Source: Owenia fusiformis
Lineage: Eukaryota
Direction: 5' to 3'
Assembly: GCA_903813345.2 (NCBI GenBank)
Contig: CAIIXF020000001.1
Span: 33,790,001-33,854,000, forward strand
Length of the DNA stretch: 64,000 nt
Below are positions 54,085 to 64,000 of the stretch, one piece after another. Below the pieces are notes generated by a model that ran no database searches, had not been told where the DNA came from, and worked only from the letters and a program-made list of their open reading frames with translations. Positions within the stretch are counted from its first letter, which is position 1. Every line of letters starts with the position of its first letter. Position numbers and translations under genes: made by a program.

Positions 54085-54630
54085 TTGGATTGAAATCATA
54101 TCCAAACTACGGACAACAACTATTACCTTTTTTTAACGGTCTCAAGGATTGAAATAAGTCTCCTTAATTAAAGACTTTAGTGCCCTCTTAAATAGTATTA
54201 CGTTCTATTTGTTTGAGGGTTGAAATCATTATCCTCATACTTTATCTCACGGATTGAAATTAGTATCTGTCGAGACAAAAATGGCGTTTATATGTTTGTT
54301 CGAGGATTGAAATTATTATCCTCATACTTTATCTCACAGATTGAAATTAGTATCTGTCGAGACAAAATGGCGTTTATTTGTTTGTTCGAGGATTGAAATT
54401 ATTATCCTCATACTACATCTCACTGATTGAAATTAGTATCTGTTGAGACAAAAAATGGCATTTAAATTGTTTGATCGAGGATTGAAATTATTATCCTCAT
54501 ACTTCATCTCACGAATTGAAATTCGAATCTGTTGAGACAAAAAATGGCATTTAAATCGTTTGATTCGAGGGTTGAAATTATTATCCTCATACTTCATCTC
54601 ACGGATTGAAATTATTATCTGTTGAGACAA
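54085..54630 (+). repeat. Array of 12 stem-loops with shared TTGAAAT motif (five 86-90-bp two-hairpin units plus two upstream singles)
   Basis: e.g. TTGGAT-TGAAATCAT-ATCCAA, GAGGAT-TGAAATTATT-ATCCTC, CAGAT-TGAAATTAGT-ATCTG. Confidence 0.8.
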
Positions 54631-54792
54631 AATATGTTGTTTTTTTAATTTGTTTGTCTTTGTTTGTCTTGCTTTATTAAAATTGTAAAATATCGCTGTT
54701 ACGTAATCGTATAAATAAATCAACGAATATCTAATCATATGTCCTTAACTTTCTTTATTTTCCCACCGCGTCTCTCGTTTTATTCGCAGATC

Positions 54793-55772
54793 ATGCCTAA
54801 GAGACAACTAAGACCCAGGGGATCGCCTTCAAGGGCACCCGGAAGATTAGAACAAAAAAGCAGAAGTTGAATGAGGAGTTGGTGGTGGAAATCACGAAAC
54901 GGGTGGTAGAAAGTCTATCCCAGCAACCTGCAACATCAACAAATACACGAGACAACTCTACTAGCGAGGACTCTGGGGATTCAGACGGCGAGGTCTCATT
55001 CCCAAAATTAGGTACGGAAACAAACCTCAATGAGCCCGAAGCTCCTTCTAAGGCATTTTCTTTCCAAATACCTATCGACATGCATGTGCCAACAGCTATT
55101 AAGCAAAAAATCTGGAATAACGAGTACGTAGAGTTCGGGTCACTTCTCCCTAAACATTCACGAGTCAAAGACTCAGAATTCGATTTGAAACAATCCAAAT
55201 CAGGTAATCTTAAAATAACCAAGGCCCAAGGTAATTTTAAATTAGTTTCCATTAAAGAATTGATTTCCGCTTTCCATATTTTCACCACCATACATTGCAC
55301 AAAATATGGCACGGATGCAATTCCTTTAATGCACTATGGCCAGAATGTAAGGAAATTAGCGGAAAATCATTTGGACTGGAACTACTACGACGAAAATTTT
55401 CGACGGGCAAGGGCCAATAATATATCATTACCCTGGGACCAGCCTCATCCCACGTTATTCATTTTTACTTCCCTCGAGGGAAAGCAACAGCAAAATAACA
55501 AGCACAATAACTCTCAATACCCAAGCAATAGCAAGTCAAAACCAAACATCCCCAAAGGATTCTGTTACAAATTCCAATTAGGCCAAACTTGCTTCAAAAA
55601 ATCTGAATGCAAATTCCACCACTATTGCTTTAAGTGTAATAGTCCCTCTGCAAACCATCCAGGCTTGAAGTGTAATAAGAATTTTCGACCCCAACGCTCG
55701 TCCTCCAATTTTCAAACTCCAAGTAACAAGGGTCAAAACTCAAATCACAATGCCAACACCAATAATCATTAA
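54793..55772 (+). pseudogene. DIRS/Ngaro-type gag-like ORF1, probable 1-nt frameshift near the 5' end
   Basis: IKQKIWNNEYVEFGSLLP, WNYYDENFRR and C-terminal Cys/His finger CYKFQ..C....C.FHHYCFKC; ATG 54793 (MPKRQLR) is out of frame with the 54867 ORF. Confidence 0.8.
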
Positions 55773-56290
55773 TAGATTATCATACTATATCAAGGGATAC
55801 GATGCGTTTCTGTCTAGCTACCTTCTAAATGGTTTCAGCAATGGTTTCAGTATTGGTTATTTTGGCGAAAGAGAATCGAGACGTTCAACTAATTTTAAGT
55901 CGGCCATAATCAATCACCACATTGTTAAGGAGAAAGTTAAATCTGAAATTCAAAAAAACAGGATTTCACCTCCCCAGTCTGATCCACCGTTTGATAAGTA
56001 TTTTGTCACATCTCCAGTGTCAGTAATTCCCAAAAAGACTCCCGGCGAATTTAGATTAATTCATGATCTTTCATATCCGAAAGGCTCTTCTATAAACGAC
56101 GGAATTCCAGTTGAATTGCGATCTGTCAATTACTCAAACGTATCTGAAGCAATCAAAATATTTTCGGAAATGGGTATGGAATGTTTTTTAATAAAAATCG
56201 ACATTCGTTCCGCATTCAGAATCATTCCTTTACATGAAGACGATTATCAATTACTAGGTTTTGAGTTCGAGTGAAATTATTACTATCAAA
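55750..56290 (+). pseudogene. Truncated DIRS/Ngaro-type reverse transcriptase
   Basis: Overlaps the gag end; PTPI, GFSIGY, SPVSVIPKK, FRLIHDLSYP, SINDGI, KIDIRSAFRIIP, LLGF; TGA at 56272 and homology lost by ~56290; no RNase H or YR seen. Confidence 0.88.
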
Positions 56291-57336
56291 AGCAAGGTGG
56301 GTATAGGTAACGCGGCGCAGTCAAGCATATCTGTTCAAAACGAGGCTGCAACGCGGTAAAGACACAAAATGGAGGCAACTCCAATTATCGGAGGCAGTTC
56401 GTCCTCTGTTTCCTCGAAACATAGGTAAGTTTTTGAAAACTCATGCTTCACACTCGGTGATCAACCCCTTAAGGTATGTAAAGCTATAAGAATTTCTGTT
56501 CAGGCATTGACCAGAATAAAGAAATAGTCAACGCAGATATGATTTCCCGATCCTATTTCTCTTGACCTATCTTCTTATTCCAATTAAGGAGGTATTTCGC
56601 CACTCATGAGCAAATTTAACATTGACATTCAATAGCCTGATACTTATAGAATGTACAATACAAATTAAGATTGAAACTTTTGTTTATTTTCATCGCAATC
56701 TGCTTACAAAATTGAACTAGTCGGAAACGCGGCGCAGTCATTTTCAGCAATTATGGCAACGCGTCGACAGCATAGATTAAATTGTATGGCAACGCGGTGC
56801 AGACATCAACTTTCTCTGTATTGTAAAGTACAAAGAAGTTTTGCATTATGCTTTTCTGTCGAGGATTTTGATTTAATAAGGCATGTGACTTTTTCAGAAA
56901 AAGATCAAGCAATACATGCAATACCAATCTATCCCTATACAGAACGAAGAGACGAAGAATAGGGAGCAATTCTACAATAAACATAAATGTCGAGGGGAAT
57001 AAACGGAAATTCATATCACCAGATAGGGGGAGGAGGCCAACAACCCCACTTCCCGAGGTCCGCTGGGCACCAAAAACAGCGCATCAACGTCCCGTCAGAC
57101 ACATCAGCTGCATTGCTGTCACTGCGTTTCCAGTTTTGTCAAATATGTATGATGTCTGAACCCGCGTTGCCGAAGTGTCTGAACTGCGTTTCCAAAATAT
57201 ACCTGGTTTTCCACCCAGAATCGGTTAACAGAAGGCAAACAGTGATGAAACTTTGAAGAAATAGAGATTACCGTGGTATATACGTGATTTAATAGATATG
57301 TGTCAAGTGACAAAGTCAAAAACATATAGAATTTAA

Positions 57337-57878
57337 AGGGTGACGCATATCGTTTAGCAAATCGAACGCTCGTTTCTGGTGTTGCTCACCGTTTAGTATA
57401 AAAGGCCCGATCCCGGAATAATACTCAAGGGTTCACAGGCTCGAGGTCGTTGTGTCAACACCTCTAACTGTTATATAGCATAAGTATATTATAAATCGTC
57501 ACGCATTTATAAAAGGGTGATTTTAATTTTTGACAAATCAATTCCACATTTTAGGTGACGTTTCAGGATCTTCTATTTGTGTATAATAAGGAAAAATTGA
57601 CATCTAAATTTCCCCATAACGTAATAGCACACAGCTTGGCATATGAAATATTCTACAAATGAAACAAAGCAGTTCTAATACAAGGATTTATATTGGCTGT
57701 TGTACATATTCTTTGAACTCTATCACTCTATGGATAATGTTTTCAAAATCATTATAAACGGATTACTTTATCTCAAAGACAATTTAAACTGGATTTTACA
57801 GAACTCCCCTTATTTCTTAAAAATGGACTGATCCAGGAGCCGCCATATTGTTTTATACGGGAAGCTTATCGGAACCCT
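57337..57878 (+). mobile_element. Kolobok/T2-like MITE copy 1
   Basis: TTAA|AGGGT...ACCCT|TTAT; closely similar to 60096-60667. Confidence 0.8.
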
Positions 57879-60095
57879 TTATGCTAGAAAAATGCCACAT
57901 TTGTCAAATTTCAGTAAGTGATTGATTTTGATTGACTTGGAAGGTATTTCCCTGATTGACTAAATTTCAAGAAGCTTCACATAGACATACTCTGTGAAGT
58001 TCTCCACAGAATGGTATATGCTATAATAACTGTAGCAGACACAAACTAGTGTATGAAGCTTATGAATAAACTTACAACAGGATCTTAAAGTCCCCGATAA
58101 ATCGGGCTACGTATACCGCCGTGTTTACATTAGGGGATTAGAAGAGTTTATTTTTTATTTAGGTATGCAAGCTACGTATATCAATATTAGGCCTTCATTC
58201 ATGTACTCGTGTACATGTAATCACGAGACGAAGATCGTTCGCCTTCCTGGCTTACCTCTGAATCGTGTACCGTGGTAATCTCTTTATATATACTCGGGGT
58301 GGAAGGTGTGAGAATTGTGCAAAAAATGACTTTGTGAGCTGGATGGAGTTTCTCTGTATTTTTCATTCTATTAGGGTTTCCTGCATAAGGGATTTCGCCT
58401 GCGAAGCATATCACTCTTGCGAACATATCTAAATATTGGTCCGAGGAAGACATACCTTGAATTTTTTAGAAAAAAATTGGCTAAAAATGGAAACTACAAA
58501 ATGTCAAAATGTTCAACTCAAACAAAACTCTAGCTATTTAATATTAACACTATGTATTATTTAATGTTTTTCAGATGTTTAAGGACCTTCATGAGTGTAC
58601 TAGTGTCTAGAAATAAGATAATAAAGGACAAAATTTGGCATTTTTGATCATTTTCGCTTTCAGCAGTAACATATAGTTCCTTATATCTTGAGTTTAATGT
58701 TGACTGGTTGTTGCAATTTTGATTAAATCTGTGCTTGTACATGTCTTCTTCCATTTAAGATACAAAAAATGTATATTGGACCACCAATGGTCATATTAGA
58801 GCTTTCAGATCTCCCCTACCCCATTTATTATGAAAAATTACTGAAACATATGAAAATATAAAATAACTTGAATTTATAAACTTTAACAATGTTGTAGCTA
58901 TTCTATATCAATATTATGTATTATTTAATGTTTTTCAGATATTTCAGAACCTTTATTGGTATACTAGTGCCTAGAAATGAGACATTTAAGGACAAAACTT
59001 GGCATTTTTAAAAATCATTTAGGCTTTCAGCAGTAACATATAGTTCCTCATATATTGAGTTTTATGCTTACTGGTTGTTGCAATTGTAATAAAATCTGTT
59101 TTTGTAGATGTCTTCTTCCATTTAAGGTATAGAAAATGTATAGTGGACCACCAATGGTCATATTAGAGCTTTCAGATCTCCCCTACCCCATTTATCATGA
59201 AAAATATAAGAAAAATATGAAAATATAAAATAACTTGAAACTATAAACTTTAATAAAGTTGTAGCTATTCTATATCAATATTATGTGTTATTTAATGTTT
59301 TTAAGATATTTCAGAACCTTTATTGGTAAACTAGTGCCTAGAAATGAGACATTTAAGGACAAAACATGGCTTTTTTGACCATTTTCGCTTTCAGCAATAC
59401 CATATAGGTCCTTATATCTTGAGTTTAATGCTGACTGGTTGGCGCATTCTTAGTCAAATTTGTTCTTGTACATGTCTTCTTCCATTTAGGATATAGAAAA
59501 TGTATATTGGACAACCAATGTTGATATTATAGCTTTCATGTCTCCCCTGCCCCATTTATGTAAATGAAAAAGTAATTTCAAATCATCAACTTTAACAAAA
59601 TTGTAGCTATTCTCTATCGATACTATGTATTATTTAATGTAACCTTCATTTGATTACATGTGTCTAAAATTTGGCATTTTTAGCATTCTGCATTTAGCAG
59701 TAGCATATAATTTTCCACAATTATAATTCTTTGATGATAGATTCATATATGTTTTTTATTGAATCTGTCTTCTCTGATTTAACTTAAAGAAAATGTATGT
59801 AAGACAACAAATGTTTTTATTAGAGGTCTAAGATCTGCCCTCCACCATTAAATGAGAAAACCAACACAAATGTTATTATTGCATGATAATATTCTTAAAC
59901 TTTTCAAAAGTTTAGCATATTTATTAGTACACTAAAATCAAAAAATGACACATAAATAGGCAAAATGACCAATGTTTCACTTTCAGCAATAGTTGTTTAT
60001 ATTTTTAGTTGAATGGTGATTAGTTGACATATTTTAGATCATATATATTCAACAATGTGTCTTGTTATCTTCAAAGCATGGAAAATGTGTTTTAA

Positions 60096-60667
60096 AGGGT
60101 GACGCATATCGTTTAGCAAATCGAATGCTCGTTTCTGTTGTTGCTCACCGTTTAGTATAAAAGGCCCGATCCCGGAATAATACTCAAGGGTTCACAGGTT
60201 CGAGGTCTTTGTGTCAACACCTCTAACTGTTATATAGCATAAGTATATTATAGATCGTCACACATTTATAAAAGGGTGATTTTTATTTTGACAAATCAAT
60301 TCCACATTTATAGGTGAAGTTTCAGGATCTTCTATTTGTGTATAATAAGGAAAAATTGGCATCTAAATTTCCCCATAACGTAATAGCACACAGATTGGCA
60401 TATGAAATATCCTACAAATGAAACAAAGCAAGAGAAACCGGTTTCTAATACAAGAATTTATATTGGCTGTTGTACATGTATTATTTGAACGCAATCACTC
60501 TTTGGATAACGTTTTCAAAATCATTATAAACGGATTACTTTATCTCAAAGACAATTTCAATTAACTGGATTTTACAGAACTCCCCTTATTTCTTAAAAAT
60601 GGACTGATCCAGTTGATTCGCCTGGAGCCGCCATATTGTTTTTATACGGAATGCTAATCAGAACCCT
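60096..60667 (+). mobile_element. Kolobok/T2-like MITE copy 2
   Basis: TTAA|AGGGTGACGC...GAACCCT|TTAA inserted in a diverged satellite monomer. Confidence 0.85.
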
Positions 60668-60906
60668 TTAAACACAAATATACATATTAGAGATAAAATT
60701 ACTACACTACTATATTTTTAAAAGATTACTCAAAAATAGCATAGTGCGAAATAATTTTGTAATTTCGCAGTTTACTCTCATATGAATCTAAGGATATGTC
60801 TTTATATAGACATGATTGTTCACAACTCTCGAACTTAATCCAGCAACAGCCTGATTTTTCAAATCTCCCTGGTTCTATGTTAGAGCTGCATTTAAGTCAT
60901 TTTAAA

Positions 60907-61918
60907 GGTAACTGGTCAACTGGTACCCAAGACAAGTCGTACCCAAGCATATATTTTGTTTTGAATCAAGTGTTGGACTGGGAATGTGTAAAGATATACA
61001 TATTATAACTGTAACATACTGTTCAGAAGTTTGAAGAATTTTCAGAAGAAATTGATATAATTTTGTAACATTTTGAGCTTTGAGTGTCAATTTATTTTGA
61101 CTATTATTTTATATTGGATGTTCGAGTGAAGAGATATATGTTTATTCCACACATTCATAATCATTTTTTTAAATATTGTATGTTTATGAGTGTTTGGAAC
61201 AAGTGTCAGATTTAATTCATCTTGGAAGATGGTATTATTATAAATGTATTGATTCATCAAATCTTGGGCCTAATTTCTTATTAAACAGATAATCTATTTG
61301 TCTAGGATTTCATATTATCAGAAGTCATATTCATGAAATTTAGCAATAAAATATTTTGAATAATATAATAATAGTATACAAGTAATAATATAGTATAATA
61401 TTAATATCAAATATTATTTTGGTACTTATTCATACATGATATATTATTACAGTGCATGTGCATAATCCAATTTAGTTCCAATTGGAAAAACATTAACAGA
61501 TTAAACTTCCTTTAAACTTTCTCAAAATGCTCAAATAATTGTTTGATTCATTTGTAGAAAAGTCACTGTTGTAATTATATTTATTTATGTATATGTTTGG
61601 CAAAAATTTTTGTGAACAAGCACTTCAAGCACTTGTTTTATTAGTAAAAAGGTGATTCAAGTTAAATCAAAATGCTTAACTTAATCCATTGAGAAAAAAT
61701 GTCTTCTAAATTCAAAAAAATATTGAGGCTTATTTGAGTCACATTATAACATGAAAACATAATTATACAAACTCAATTTCTTTTCCTAATATGCACCCAT
61801 AATACTGGAAATAACTTGGGTACGAGTTGTCTTGGGTACCAGTTATCTTGGGTACGAGTTGTCTTGGGTACCAGTTATCTTGGGTACGACTTGTCTTGGG
61901 TACCAGTTGACTAGGAAG
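60907..61918. mobile_element. MULE-like non-autonomous element, 8-9-bp TSD
   Basis: (C)ATTTTAAA on both sides; termini GTCAACTGGTACCCAAGACAAGTCGTACCCAAG with inverted ~17-bp tandem CTTGGGTAC units at 61815-61912. Confidence 0.78.
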
Positions 61919-64000
61919 CATTTTAAAGGTCTAAGTTGCTCATGACACCACAAGCTATTCAGATATGTAAGATCTCTAAATAAGTTTTATAGTTCTGAGA
62001 AACTCATCCTTAAATATTGTCCAACGATGTGCACTATGTTGTTTATTGCCACAGGGACAAGTAGCAATACACCCTTGACTAGAAACTTTGTATAGCAATT
62101 TTCGCTGCCTTTTGCCATTTTACATTTGCGAATTGCCAAGGACATATGTTTCTTGTGTTGCTACGAAGGTTTGTTTGTGAGTACTGGTACAAGACACCAA
62201 TCTTTGATATATCTTCAAATAGGTATTGCACTTTGAGATTCATATAGTAATTTAGAATGCTACCTTGAAGGACATAAGAAACTTTAAGAGCTCTTTTTAA
62301 CTCTCATCCTTCTTTGCAAGCAACATTCTGTATCATCAGACTGAATACAAATTCTCTCAACATTGAACTCCTTTGTCTTGTCTGCAGCACTGTAATAGAC
62401 ATGGGCCATAAGGAGAGTGTCAACTTCTTCATGATCAGTATTTGATAGATAAGTTGCAACTATCAGTTTTGCAAAGTTCAATAGCAGCTCTGCCATAAGT
62501 GAAATTCATCCCATTTTAGAGATACAGTAACATTGCTTCACAAACCAAAGACAGCTTTACCATTTTGTAATCCTTTCCAAAATCATCTTGTTGGCTGTTC
62601 TTCATTTCACAATGTTTACATTTACCAAAATATCCCCAAGCCCAATATCTATAATGAACTTCCTAATTACACCACCCTTAGGTGTAATATGGAAATCACC
62701 AAACATTACATTTGATATTTGAGGGAATTCAACCAATATGGCTTGATCACTGGTTATAATTATCACAGTACTATACCCCATTATTTTTAAATATATTCCA
62801 AGTATTGTACTATACATTGCATAGATTCATGAGCAGTTTGCAACATATCATAACCAGAAAAGCCCAATGGACAAAGATAGAGAATACCCGCCCCATTTGC
62901 AACTCAACTTTAAATGTCTAATTTTTAGACTTGTATACTCATGAAGTTCCTGACACATCTGAAAAATATCAAATAATACATAGTATTGATCTAGAATAGC
63001 GACAACTTTGTTAAAGTCTATACTTTGAAATTGTTTGGTTTTTATATTTCTGGTTATTTTTTCAAAATAAATGGGGTAGGGGAGATATGTAAGCTCTAAT
63101 ATAATGACAGGCTTTCCAATATACATTTTTAAATACCTTAAATCAAAGTAGGCAGGCAAAATAACAGATTTGATCAAGAATCCATCAACCAATCAGCATA
63201 AAACTCAAGATATAAGGAACTATATGTTATTGGTAACAGTGGAAATGATGAAAAATGCCAAATTTTGTTCTTCAATGTCTAATTTCTCTACACTAGAATA
63301 CTAATGAAGGTCCTGAAACATTAATTATAGCAATCAATAACACATAAAGAATAGTTACATCTTTGTTAAAGTTTATACTGGTAGTTTGAAGTTATTTTTT
63401 ATATTTTCCAGTCATCTTCCCTAATAAATGGGGTAGGGGAGAACTGAAAGCTCTAATATGAACATTGTTTGTCTATTATACATTTTCAGTACCTTAAATG
63501 GAATAAAAGATGTACAAGAACAGATTTAATCCAAAATGTATCAACCAGTCAGCATAAAACTCAAGATATGAGGATCTATATGTTACTGCTGAAAGCAGCA
63601 TTGATTAAAAATGCCAAGTTTTGTCCTTAAATGTCTCATTTCTAGCCACTTGAATACCAATAAAAGTTCTGAAAAATCTTAAAAATATTAAATAACACAT
63701 AATATTGATAATAGAATAGCTACAACTTTATGAAAGTCTATAATTTCAAGTTATTTTATTTTTTTATATTTCTCGTTTATTTTCCATAATTGATGGGGTA
63801 GGGGAGATCTGAAAGCTCAAATATGAACATTGTTTGTCTACTATACATTTTCTATACCTTAAATGGAAGAAGACATGCACAAGAACAGATTTGATTGAAA
63901 ATGCAACAATCAGACAGCATAAAACTCAAGATATGAGGAACTATATATTACTGCTGTAAGCGAAAATGATAAAAAAAAGCCAAGTTTTGTCCTTAAATGT

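Larger units (their letters stand above)
58372..64000 (-). mobile_element. Second Academ-like element with inverted subterminal ~360-bp tandem arrays (right end outside window)
   Basis: Candidate TAG end at 58372; arrays 58500-60090 (+) and 62880-64000 (-) are inverted; minus-strand remnants HEEVDTLLMAH...SDDTE (XPG-like HEEADT/DTD) and Cys-rich KCK...CIATCPC at ~62040-62500. Confidence 0.6.

Noticed and set aside
54085..54630. CRISPR-like look (GGATTGAAAT resembles the 3' end of some CRISPR repeats)
   Set aside because: Intervening sequences are themselves repeated rather than unique spacers, no cas genes, eukaryotic context
54797..55312. 171-aa minus-strand ORF
   Set aside because: Antisense shadow of gag with no recognisable motif
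57337..60667. Two ~550-bp direct repeats as LTR pair
   Set aside because: Each copy has its own AGGGT/ACCCT TIR and TTAA-type TSD; no TG/CA ends, PBS or internal retroelement ORFs

Overview
AT-rich eukaryotic (animal, probably marine-invertebrate/lophotrochozoan-type; inference from the repeat families) genomic DNA that is mostly nested transposable elements. The only recognisable host coding sequence is the terminal exon of a PDE4/dunce-type cAMP phosphodiesterase (43976-44287, +). I found no upstream PDE exon, so 1-43975 is probably one very large intron. It contains Helentron-associated (HINE/DINE-like) elements carrying satellite arrays, MITEs with TA, 2-, 3-, 6-, 8- and 9-bp target-site duplications (TSDs), a CACTA element, decayed Tx1/L1 and CR1-group LINEs, a ~2.5 kb polypyrimidine tract, and a pol-less LTR-like element. 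That element has a tRNA-Leu PBS and a double zinc-knuckle ORF that appears only after nested inserts are removed. Downstream of PDE4 lie a decayed mariner, two Academ-type transposons, and a truncated DIRS/Ngaro-type retroelement. This last element is the most interesting part: an intact SGNH hydrolase ORF sits 5' of gag, separated from it by 12 stem-loops sharing a TTGAAAT loop motif inside a predicted intron. All coordinates were read by eye and may be off by a few bases; superfamily names rest on termini, TSD length and protein motifs, not on database searches.
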